Part shown: positions 26,946 through 35,918 of the stretch, piece by piece | How positions within the stretch are numbered: the first letter of the stretch is position 1 | Layout of the letters: each line of letters starts with the position of its first letter | Source: Bacilli bacterium | GTDB taxonomy: Bacteria > Bacillota_I > Bacilli_A > RFN20 > CAG-826 | NCBI GenBank assembly: GCA_017470115.1 | Contig: JAFUEZ010000003.1 | Location: forward strand, 173,064 to 237,063 | DNA length: 64,000 bases | Reading direction: 5' to 3' | Notes under the pieces: model-generated | Databases searched by the model: none | Told to the model about the DNA's origin: nothing | The model's input: only the letters and a program-made list of their open reading frames with translations | Program-made: the position numbers and the translations under genes

Positions 26946-27075
26946 TAAGTATATTAAAGCTTAACTGACCTTTTTAACATAGAAATAACAAAAATGATAA
27001 ATATATCGATATTACTTAATTTGCACTTTTAAATATTGTAAAATATTTAAGAACTTAAATTTTTTGAGGTTAGAT

Positions 27076-29052
27076 ATGGATAAAATTGAATTAAGTAAAT
27101 ATTTTTTCGACCAGCTAATTAATGGTGAATGTTATTTAGTTGTGGCAAAATGTAATGCTAAATACAAGATGTCACGTGGATCTTTTAAAAAGCATATTTC
27201 TAAAAGAGATATAAATGTTCTTAAATACACTCATAAAGATGGCAATCGATATGTTTATTCTAATGGAAAAGTTTCTGCAGAAATAATCACTGAAGATCAA
27301 CGAGCTCCATTTAAATTTCATTTCCATGTAGATTTTGGTTTCAATTATTTTGAAATTAGATTCAAAACATTTGAAGGTGAACATTTCTATGGATTTGGTG
27401 AACAATATACAACACTTGATTTATCAGGAAAAACTGTTCCTATTTGGGTTAGTGAGCATCAACAAGTCTTAGAAATTGCTAAAAAACTTTTAAGATGGAA
27501 AATCAAAGGAAAACCAGAACCAGATAGAGTCGCCTCTTATAAACATCATCAAACGTATTGTTCAGTTCCTACATTTATTTCTAGTAAGAATTATGCTTTC
27601 TATTGTCATGGTGATTCTTATGGAGAAGTTAAACTTAAAAATGGCGAAGTAATCATCTCATTTACTGATACTCCTAAATCAATTTCACTTTTAACTGCAG
27701 ATAATATGGAAGAACTTGCAAGTGAATTATGTAAACTTGTAGGAATTCCTGCTCCAATTCCAGATTGGGTTAATGATGGAGCTATTTTAGCTGTTCAAGG
27801 TGGCTTAGAAGAAATCAAAAAGAAATATTTAAAAGCCAAAGAAAAAGGAGTCAAAATTGCAGCTTTATGGGCTCAAGATTGGTGTGGACATGTTGTCACA
27901 AGTTTTGGCTATCAAGTTTATTGGAACTGGGCTAAAGATGATGAACTCTATCCTGGACTTGAAGAATTTATTAAAGAATTAAATAAAGATGGAGTTAGAT
28001 TTTTAGGCTACATCAATACATTCCTTAAAAAAGATGCCCCTTTATATAATTTTGCTAAGATTAATCATTTCCTTGTTAAAAAGCAAAATGGTGAAGTTTA
28101 TCACATTAAGTCGACAACATTTGATGCTGGAATTGTTGATTTAACAAATCCTAGTGCATATGAATGGTATAAAAATATTATTAAAGAAAACATGATTGGA
28201 ATCGGACTTTCTGGTTTCATGGCAGATTTTGGTGAATATCTCCCTACAGACGCTTTAGTTTATGGTGGAGATGCCAAATTACTTCATAATAAATGGCCAT
28301 CATTATGGGCAAAGTGTTGTGCTGAAGCAATAAAAGAAAGCGGAAAAGAAAACGAAGTATTTTTCTTCTCACGTGCAGCTTATGGTCATACGCTCAAATA
28401 TACAAATTCGATGTGGAATGGCGATCAACATGTTGATTTTTCTGATGAATATGGAATTGGTTCTGTAATTCCTGCTTCTTTATCGCTTAGTTGCTCAGGA
28501 TGTGGCGTTGTCCATTCAGATATTGGCGGATATACAACAGTTATGATGATGAAACGTGGCAAAGAATTATTTGATCGTTGGGCTGAAATGAATGTATTTA
28601 CGCCAGTATATAGGACTCATGAAGGAAATAGACCAAAAGATAATGTTCAATTCTCAGATGATGAAGTAATCGATAATTTTGCACTTAATTCAACTCGATT
28701 TGCTACATTAAAACCATATCGTAAAGCAGTTTTAGATGAATATTATAAAAATGGCACCCCAGCAATTAGACCATTATTTTTCGAATATACATCTAAAGAA
28801 GAATATTTTACTAACAAAAGAGAATATTTATTTGGAAGTGATATTTTAGTTGCTCCAGTATTAAGAGAAAAAGTTAATAAACATAACGTTTTACTACCAG
28901 AAGGAAATTGGGTACAATTCTTTACTGGTGATGAATATCAAGGTGGAGAAATTACAGTTGATTCACCAATAGGTCAACCAATCGCTTTTTATAAAAAAGA
29001 CTCTAAATTTAAAGATTTATTTGAAAGTATGAATACTAAGAAAGGAGAATAG
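27076..29052 (+). CDS. GH31 glycoside hydrolase (YihQ-like; candidate sulfoquinovosidase by gene context)
   Basis: GH31 catalytic regions GFMADFGEYLP (nucleophile Asp) and SMWNGDQHVDF (acid/base); ATG at 27076 after GAGGT. Confidence 0.55.
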   Translation: MDKIELSKYFFDQLINGECYLVVAKCNAKYKMSRGSFKKHISKRDINVLKYTHKDGNRYVYSNGKVSAEIITEDQRAPFKFHFHVDFGFNYFEIRFKTFEGEHFYGFGEQYTTLDLSGKTVPIWVSEHQQVLEIAKKLLRWKIKGKPEPDRVASYKHHQTYCSVPTFISSKNYAFYCHGDSYGEVKLKNGEVIISFTDTPKSISLLTADNMEELASELCKLVGIPAPIPDWVNDGAILAVQGGLEEIKKKYLKAKEKGVKIAALWAQDWCGHVVTSFGYQVYWNWAKDDELYPGLEEFIKELNKDGVRFLGYINTFLKKDAPLYNFAKINHFLVKKQNGEVYHIKSTTFDAGIVDLTNPSAYEWYKNIIKENMIGIGLSGFMADFGEYLPTDALVYGGDAKLLHNKWPSLWAKCCAEAIKESGKENEVFFFSRAAYGHTLKYTNSMWNGDQHVDFSDEYGIGSVIPASLSLSCSGCGVVHSDIGGYTTVMMMKRGKELFDRWAEMNVFTPVYRTHEGNRPKDNVQFSDDEVIDNFALNSTRFATLKPYRKAVLDEYYKNGTPAIRPLFFEYTSKEEYFTNKREYLFGSDILVAPVLREKVNKHNVLLPEGNWVQFFTGDEYQGGEITVDSPIGQPIAFYKKDSKFKDLFESMNTKKGE

Positions 29053-29054
29053 TT

Positions 29055-29735
29055 ATGAAATATTTTTTAGATTCAGCTAAGTTAAATGAAATAGATTATG
29101 CTTATAAGGCATATAAAATTGATGGTGTCACAACAAATCCTAGACACATTCAAGCAAGCGGGAAACCATTTTTAGTTGCTATTACTGATATTGCTAATTG
29201 GATTAAAGAAAACAATCTTGAAGGAATGGAAAAATTCCCTGTATCAGTTGAAATTAATCCACATTTAGACAATAAAGATGACATGGTAAAAGAAGCTAAA
29301 AAGATTTCTTCTTTATCTCCTAACTTTGTTATAAAAATTCCTTGCAACCTTGAAGGCTTAAAAGCTGCAAAAGAATTAGAAGAACAAGGAATTAGAACAA
29401 ATGTTACTTTAGTATTTTCACCATCTCAAGCAATTCAAGCTGGAAGAATTGGTGCTAAATATGTTTCACCATTTATTGGATGGAAAGAAAGTAGTGGTGA
29501 AGATTGCTATGATTATATGGCAAAGATTGCAACAATTTATAAACTTAAAGGGTATAAAACAGAAATTATTGCTGCAGCAGTAAGAACTGGAAAGCAAATG
29601 GCTGAAATGGCTGAATTAGATGTTGATATCATTACAGCTGGTTTAGCAGTTTATGAAGAAAGCTTCAAACATCCATTTACTGATTTTGGTTTAAAACAAT
29701 TCCAAGATGCTTGGGATCACACTAAAGAGAACTAA
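29055..29735 (+). CDS. Small transaldolase/fructose-6-phosphate-aldolase family protein (TalC/FSA-like; candidate 6-deoxy-6-sulfofructose transaldolase)
   Basis: GVTTNP motif (DGVTTNPRHIQ), ~226 aa; RBS AAAGGAGAA. Confidence 0.6.
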   Translation: MKYFLDSAKLNEIDYAYKAYKIDGVTTNPRHIQASGKPFLVAITDIANWIKENNLEGMEKFPVSVEINPHLDNKDDMVKEAKKISSLSPNFVIKIPCNLEGLKAAKELEEQGIRTNVTLVFSPSQAIQAGRIGAKYVSPFIGWKESSGEDCYDYMAKIATIYKLKGYKTEIIAAAVRTGKQMAEMAELDVDIITAGLAVYEESFKHPFTDFGLKQFQDAWDHTKEN

Positions 29736-29736
29736 T

Positions 29737-30567
29737 ATGAAAGTATTTTTTATTGGCCTTGGAATCATGGGCCTACCAATGGCAACAAACGTCTCTAAAA
29801 AGTTTGATTTAGTTGGTTATGACATTATAAAAAAAGAAACACCTTTCCCTTTTGCTAAAGGTTATGAAGCAGCAAAAGAAGCAGATGTAATTATTTCTAT
29901 GGTTCCAAAAAATGAGCATTTTATCGCACTTTTTAATGAACTAAAACCATATTTAAAAAATAAAATTTGGATTGATATGTCAACGATTTCGCCACTTGTT
30001 AATCAAGAGATTGCTCCTCAAGTTGAAAAGTTAGGTGGCGAGATTTTAGATTGTCCAGTAGTTAAATCTCAACCAGCGGCTATTAAAGGTGAACTAGGAA
30101 TTTATGCTGGAGGTAAAAAAGAGATTTATGAAAAAGTTTTACCAATTTTAAAATGCATGGGACAAAATATAATTTATCTTGGTGGTCATGGCTTAGGACT
30201 TACAATGAAAATCTTACATAATGCACTTGTAGGAGAAATCCAAAATGGTGTTAATGAGATTTTAGGTTTAGCAAGAAGTTGTAATATGAATCTAGATGAT
30301 GTTGTTGAAGCTCTTGGATATGGTGGAGCAAGTTGTTTCTATCTTTCAACAAAAGCAAACAACATTAAAAATAGAGAATATCCTACAGCATTTTCAGTTG
30401 AAAATATGAATAAAGATGTACATTTTGCTAAAGACTTAACCGAAAGTAAAAATATGGACCTTCCAGGTTTAAATAATGTCGTTAAAGTCTATGAAAAAGC
30501 AATGGATCAAGGATTAGCAAAACAAGATTTTAGCGCATCATATGAAGTAGTGAATGGAGAAAAATAA
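29737..30567 (+). CDS. HIBADH-family NAD(P)-dependent beta-hydroxyacid dehydrogenase (YihU/GarR-like; candidate sulfolactaldehyde reductase)
   Basis: N-terminal Rossmann fold MKVFFIGLGIMGLPMA, ~276 aa; start at the ATG at 29737. Confidence 0.6.
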   Translation: MKVFFIGLGIMGLPMATNVSKKFDLVGYDIIKKETPFPFAKGYEAAKEADVIISMVPKNEHFIALFNELKPYLKNKIWIDMSTISPLVNQEIAPQVEKLGGEILDCPVVKSQPAAIKGELGIYAGGKKEIYEKVLPILKCMGQNIIYLGGHGLGLTMKILHNALVGEIQNGVNEILGLARSCNMNLDDVVEALGYGGASCFYLSTKANNIKNREYPTAFSVENMNKDVHFAKDLTESKNMDLPGLNNVVKVYEKAMDQGLAKQDFSASYEVVNGEK

Positions 30568-31886
30568 TGAAGAAAGCACGTATTGGCATTGTATGTACCG
30601 TTAGAAAAACATTTGACTATTTAACAGCTTATAAACTCTATCAAGAAAGAAGTGCTGAAGTAGTTAAAGATACTTCAGTTGAATGGGTAAATTATCCAGA
30701 AATGGTCATAGAAAAAGATGAAGCAGAGAAAGCTGGACAATTTTTCCATGATCAAAATGTTGATGCTTTAATTATAGTTTCAGCAACATTTCATTTAGGT
30801 CATTTAGCCTTGATTTTGAACAAAAAGGTTGCAAAACCCCTACTTTTATGGGGATTTGATGAACTTCCTTATGACGGAGGCAAGATCAGATTAAATGCTG
30901 TTTGTGGTGTAAATTTAAATGCTTCAAACCTTTATAAAGCTGGAGTTGATGATTATATTGTTCACGTTGGAAATACAGTTGATGAAGACTGGATTCGAGC
31001 AATTAAAATGAAAGTTGCTATTGAAAATTCTAAGGTTGGACTTGTTGGTTATCATGCTGATGGATTCTATAATGTTGGCGTTAATGAACTCGATTTATAT
31101 CAAAAATTAGGTATTTTAATTCAACATTATGAATTAGATGAATTCTTTGGTGGAGAAGCAAGCGAAGAAGAAATCGCAAAAGAAAAAGAAGTTGTTTTAA
31201 AAACATTTAATGTTAATAAATTAAACGATTATCAAGTCAATCAAGTTGCCAAACTTTGTGTATTAGCAGATAAATTTATGGCTAGAGAAAAAATGGATGT
31301 TGTTGCAATTAGATGTTGGCCAGAATTTGCCCGTCATTATGGTGTATCACCATGTGCAATGATGTCAATTTTACAATCTAGAGGAATTTTACTTGCTTGT
31401 GAAGGTGATATTGAAGCAGCAATTTCAATGGTTGCTGTTAGAGCTGCTGGTGAAGCTACTCCATTTATGGCCGACTTATCACAAGTAAATTATGATGAAA
31501 ATTACGCATTGTTATGGCACGATGGTGTTGCTCCATGTAATTTATGGGATGGTAAATGTGTTAGAAGTTTAGAAACATATTTTGCTGGTGGTAAAGGTGT
31601 TACTGCTGATTTTGTTATGAAGAGCGGTGACATGTCAATTTTTAGAATTGATACTGCTAGAGGCAAAACAAGGATCTTCTATGAAGAAGGTGAAGCTGTT
31701 CCAATGGATAAATTATTAAGTGGAACATATGCAAAAGTCATCTTTGATCATCATATTAAAGATGTCATTGATACAGTTGTTTATACAGGTGTTGCTCATC
31801 ACGTTATTATGGGCTATGTAAGATATAAAAAAGCAGCTGAATATTTAGCTAGATTATTAAATTTCGAGGTTATTAATGTTAAATAG
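30567..31886 (+). CDS. L-fucose/L-arabinose isomerase-like sugar isomerase (candidate sulfoquinovose isomerase)
   Basis: 439 aa; overall similarity to the FucI/AraA fold (recollection, not a sharp motif); translationally coupled (ATGA overlap with the upstream stop). Confidence 0.4.
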   Translation: MKKARIGIVCTVRKTFDYLTAYKLYQERSAEVVKDTSVEWVNYPEMVIEKDEAEKAGQFFHDQNVDALIIVSATFHLGHLALILNKKVAKPLLLWGFDELPYDGGKIRLNAVCGVNLNASNLYKAGVDDYIVHVGNTVDEDWIRAIKMKVAIENSKVGLVGYHADGFYNVGVNELDLYQKLGILIQHYELDEFFGGEASEEEIAKEKEVVLKTFNVNKLNDYQVNQVAKLCVLADKFMAREKMDVVAIRCWPEFARHYGVSPCAMMSILQSRGILLACEGDIEAAISMVAVRAAGEATPFMADLSQVNYDENYALLWHDGVAPCNLWDGKCVRSLETYFAGGKGVTADFVMKSGDMSIFRIDTARGKTRIFYEEGEAVPMDKLLSGTYAKVIFDHHIKDVIDTVVYTGVAHHVIMGYVRYKKAAEYLARLLNFEVINVK

Positions 31887-32478
31887 TGCTTCAAAAGAGT
31901 TTTTAGAATATGGATATAAACTAGAAGGTGATTTTTCTGATTTACTTGAAAAGCTAAAATCAACTCCAGTTCCTGAAACAGGTAATATTTATGTTAGAGA
32001 CGATGAATCTTTCCATAACTGTCCTTCTTTTTTGCGAATTGAAGAAGAAATTTATGGGTTAAATAAAGCCGAGATTGGTTATTGTAATGGTAATAATAAA
32101 TTGCTTAATTGCCTTGAATATCATACTTGTCCAGAAGTAGACATTGCTTTAAATGATTTGATTTTGCTTTTAGCTAGACCATGTGACATTAAAAATGGTG
32201 TTATTGATTCAAAAGATGTTAAAGCTTTTTATATTAAAGCTGGTGAAGCAGTAGTTTTATATCCTTACACATTACATTTTTCACCTTGTATGGTTGATAA
32301 TGTACCTTTTAGATGCCAAATCATTTTAAGTGATCATACAAATGAGGACTTAGATGTAAAACCTAATGATCCAAAACTTTGGAAACGCAATAAGTGGCTT
32401 TATGCTCATAAAGACACTAACCAAGCCAAACTTGGAGCATATGTAGGAATTATTGGAGAAAATATAGAAATTAAATGA
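31876..32478 (+). CDS. Hypothetical 200-aa protein (possibly a DUF4867-like protein of sulfoglycolysis clusters)
   Basis: Intact ORF overlapping its neighbours by 11 and 4 nt (operon); no motif recognised. Confidence 0.4.
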   Translation: MLNSASKEFLEYGYKLEGDFSDLLEKLKSTPVPETGNIYVRDDESFHNCPSFLRIEEEIYGLNKAEIGYCNGNNKLLNCLEYHTCPEVDIALNDLILLLARPCDIKNGVIDSKDVKAFYIKAGEAVVLYPYTLHFSPCMVDNVPFRCQIILSDHTNEDLDVKPNDPKLWKRNKWLYAHKDTNQAKLGAYVGIIGENIEIK

Positions 32479-33197
32479 TAACACGGCAAACAATTTTATT
32501 TGTTTTAATTATTTTTATAACAAATATAATTCAAACAATAACAGGATTTGCAGGGACAGTTTTAGCAATGCCTCCATCTTTGTTATTGGTTGGAGCAGAT
32601 GTGGCAAAACCAATTTTAAATGGAGTTGCCATTTTTGTTAGTTTGATTATCGTAATATTTAATTTTAAGAAAATCTTATGGATTGAAGTTCTTAAGATGC
32701 TTCTTTTTATTGGAATAGGGTTTGCTGGAGGCTTCTTTATTCCTGAAGTTGTTAAAAATGCAAAATATATCCTTATTATATATGGAGTCATTGTTTGCTT
32801 AATTGCTATTTTCTTTTTCTTTTTTAAACCAGAAAAACTTAAGATTCCTAATTGGGTGTTATATATCTTCCTAGTTTTAGGTGGATTGCTCCATAATCTA
32901 TTTATTTCTGGAGGACCACTTGTTGTCATTTATGCACGATTAAAAATTGAAGATAAGGACAACTTTAGAGGAACACTTTCTTTTATCTGGTTAGTTTTGA
33001 ATTCAATACTTTTAGGTACTCATATTTATAATGGTTTATGGACTGCTAACTCGGCAATTATATTAGCAATTGGAGTTGCAGTAACAGTTGGAGCGATTTT
33101 CCTTGGAAGATTAATTGTTAAAAAAATCAACGTAGATATATTTATGAAGATAACATGCATACTATTATTTATTAGTGGAGTAAGCATGTTTTTCTAA
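32475..33197 (+). CDS. TauE/SafE-family membrane permease (candidate sulfite/organosulfonate exporter)
   Basis: ~240 aa, 7-8 TM helices, glycine-rich motif TITGFAGTVLAMPPS...GFAGGFFIPE typical of PF01925. Confidence 0.55.
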   Translation: MITRQTILFVLIIFITNIIQTITGFAGTVLAMPPSLLLVGADVAKPILNGVAIFVSLIIVIFNFKKILWIEVLKMLLFIGIGFAGGFFIPEVVKNAKYILIIYGVIVCLIAIFFFFFKPEKLKIPNWVLYIFLVLGGLLHNLFISGGPLVVIYARLKIEDKDNFRGTLSFIWLVLNSILLGTHIYNGLWTANSAIILAIGVAVTVGAIFLGRLIVKKINVDIFMKITCILLFISGVSMFF

Positions 33198-33314
33198 TTA
33201 TTAAAACTTGTAAACTACTAGTAAAAACCTTGCAAAAAACCACTATTTTTCTAGAATTAGTAGAAATTTAGTGGCTTTTTAGTTGTTAATTTAGTTAAGA
33301 ATTAGTGATTTTTA

Positions 33315-35768
33315 TTAGTTAAAATTGACGTTATTTGCAGCACACCAATTATAGAATGTTGACTCTTTATTTTGCAAATAAACTGAAATATCAAGAGCCC
33401 AACCAGTTGCTGGATCTAAATTATCAGTGAAACTAAACTCGTTTTGAGTGCCAATAATTCTAGTACCTAAAGTAGTATCATCGTGATAATGTTCATAAGC
33501 TTTATCATAGTAAGTTTTAAAGGTTGCAGGTTTGAACCAGTTACTTTGTAAGACTTGGTGGACCTTATTTAAGTAATCTCTTCTAATTGTTGTTGAAGCA
33601 GTGTCATATAAAGTCTTTGATAAAACTCTACAATTTCTACTATCACCATGACCGGTTTTTGTATCGAATGGGTTATTGAGAGATCCACGATGTCCAGTTG
33701 GGTTTGCTTGTCTGAAGTCTCTTTCAGCAGAACCATTAGATTGATCGTTATCTAAAGGCATTAATACAAATTGAGGTATTTCAGTATTAGTTATCATATA
33801 AACATATGTATTGTTTGTATTACCTCTTAAGTCATCAGCATCACCATTAAGATAAGCAAGAGCATTATAAGTAATGAAATCTTCATAAATTGTATTTGTT
33901 TTAATGAAGTTTGTGATTGTTGAAGAATTTGTATTTCCTAAATTGTTAATAAATCCTTTTAGAGCACTATGATCGGATGTTTTCTTGTTTGTCTTTAAAT
34001 CATAGAGATAAGATGTTTGAGTGAATGAATCGCCCCAACGACCTGTATTTTTAGTTAATGTTTCAACACCGAAATTGTTGTCCCAAGAACTATCAAAATT
34101 ATTTCCCCAACCACATTTATATAAATCTCCAGTAGCGTAATCTGTTTTATAGTTTCTAGCAAGGAATGTATCATCAGCACATTCTACACCTAGATAAATA
34201 CCCATATTTTCAGTGGCACCATTATTAGTAAGAGTAATATGCATTGGGTTACTTCTTGAAGAAATACCACCATTTGCTCTAAAGCCTTCATAAGCATAAT
34301 ATTCTCTTAAGAATGTCTTATCAGCAGTTGTGTTTCTTCTAAGATCCATTTTTTCCATGCCAAATAAAGTACGATTCTTACGATACTTTTTGGCATCTGC
34401 ATTTGTAAATGAATATGGAGTTTCAGTAAATTCATCGTTGAATTGTTCTTTGAATTTTAACTTATAGTGTCTTAAGTTAATTCTATTACCTGTTAAGATT
34501 TCACCTCTTGATGTATTACCTTTTTGTCTAATACCAACTTCACGATAGTGAATTCTAATTCCAAGTAATTCAATATCTAAATCACAAATTCTATAAGATT
34601 CACGATTACCAACTTGGTTATCATGATTTAATTTTTGTAATTCTTCATTAGAAATTGTGATATTTAATTTAATTTCATTATCGATATTAAAGAGCGCTAA
34701 AAGACCTTTTTGATAATTAAGCTCCCTTGTTTCACTAATAGGAGTTGTGGTGACAGTTAATAAATCTTTATAGTATGCTTCAAGTAGGCTTGGATCTTTA
34801 GTTTTATCGATCCACTCAACATAATCACCATATTTACCTAAATAATATTTATCTTCATCAAATGAAGTTAATTCTTGATCACAAGCTGAAATATAATCAG
34901 TAATTTCACCTGGACCTTCATTTTCTCTTAAAGGAGCAATGTAGAGTTCAGGAATGTTATATGCTTGATTAATTTCAAGACCATAAACAATCTCGTTAAC
35001 AGTGAAATTTACAGAATCATCCTTTAAAGGAACTCTTAAATTTCCAATTGTTGTTTCTGGAGTTGATTTTGAATTAGAAACATCAGTATATAAAGTTTCA
35101 AAGTGAGTAATATAACCTTTTTGAGTAGTATAATCGAGAGAATCAACGTTATCTAATCTAAATCTAAATTTAAAATTATCACCATTAATTTCGGCTTTTC
35201 CTTGATATGCAGCAATAGCATATGCCCAGGAATTAGAACCATCATATGTTCCATCATTTTCTAAATATAATTTTGAATCACGTTCTAAAAGTGATGTTGT
35301 GTAATAGTGATGGGTACCTTCAACTACGAGATAGACTTCTGTATTATTTTTGACTTCTAAATATAAAAGTGAACAAGTTAATGATGGAGTAGGTCTTATA
35401 TCAACAGTAATTGGAATTTTTGCTGTTAATTCTTTATACTTAACAACCATGACTGCATCATCAAGAGTAAGCTCTCTATCTTCATCAAGGATTTCAAAAT
35501 CATTGATAATTTTAGAAGAGTCATCATCATAAATTACTGAAACTTGTAAACCTTCACGTTCAAATTTATCCCCTTCAAAATAATCTTGTTTTGTAGGAAG
35601 ATGCGTGATTTGCAGGCTTTTTTCCACTTTTTCAACAGGAGTTTGATCACCAGGATTATCAGTTGGATCAACGTGATGATCACCAGTAGGGGCACATCCG
35701 TTAGCTAAAACAACAGCTGATAAAAGAAATAAACCTGGGATTATTTTTTTCATATTAAAAGTCTTCAT
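33315..35768 (-). CDS. Large lipoprotein with N-terminal Big_3-like Ig module and a CotH-like domain
   Basis: Lipobox VLANGCA; RBS GAGGT; segment MEKMDLRRNTTADKTFLREYYAYEGFRANG...NNGATENMGIYLGVECADDTFLARNY resembles the CotH-family core. Confidence 0.5.
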   Translation of the reverse strand: MKTFNMKKIIPGLFLLSAVVLANGCAPTGDHHVDPTDNPGDQTPVEKVEKSLQITHLPTKQDYFEGDKFEREGLQVSVIYDDDSSKIINDFEILDEDRELTLDDAVMVVKYKELTAKIPITVDIRPTPSLTCSLLYLEVKNNTEVYLVVEGTHHYYTTSLLERDSKLYLENDGTYDGSNSWAYAIAAYQGKAEINGDNFKFRFRLDNVDSLDYTTQKGYITHFETLYTDVSNSKSTPETTIGNLRVPLKDDSVNFTVNEIVYGLEINQAYNIPELYIAPLRENEGPGEITDYISACDQELTSFDEDKYYLGKYGDYVEWIDKTKDPSLLEAYYKDLLTVTTTPISETRELNYQKGLLALFNIDNEIKLNITISNEELQKLNHDNQVGNRESYRICDLDIELLGIRIHYREVGIRQKGNTSRGEILTGNRINLRHYKLKFKEQFNDEFTETPYSFTNADAKKYRKNRTLFGMEKMDLRRNTTADKTFLREYYAYEGFRANGGISSRSNPMHITLTNNGATENMGIYLGVECADDTFLARNYKTDYATGDLYKCGWGNNFDSSWDNNFGVETLTKNTGRWGDSFTQTSYLYDLKTNKKTSDHSALKGFINNLGNTNSSTITNFIKTNTIYEDFITYNALAYLNGDADDLRGNTNNTYVYMITNTEIPQFVLMPLDNDQSNGSAERDFRQANPTGHRGSLNNPFDTKTGHGDSRNCRVLSKTLYDTASTTIRRDYLNKVHQVLQSNWFKPATFKTYYDKAYEHYHDDTTLGTRIIGTQNEFSFTDNLDPATGWALDISVYLQNKESTFYNWCAANNVNFN

Positions 35769-35918
35769 AAAAAGTACCTCGATTATATTTAACTAAAAAT
35801 AGTTATTTTTAAAAAGGTAAAATTATGCAAATTAGGTAGAAGCGACTGCAATAGAATTGAATATTAAAACTAGTCTTATAGTATTAATTTATAAGTAAAA
35901 TTTTGAAAGGAGCTTATA

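Noticed and set aside
32531-32929. 132-aa minus-strand ORF antisense to the TauE-like gene
   Set aside because: It overlaps a convincing multi-TM permease gene on the plus strand that is coupled to its neighbours. Antisense artefact.
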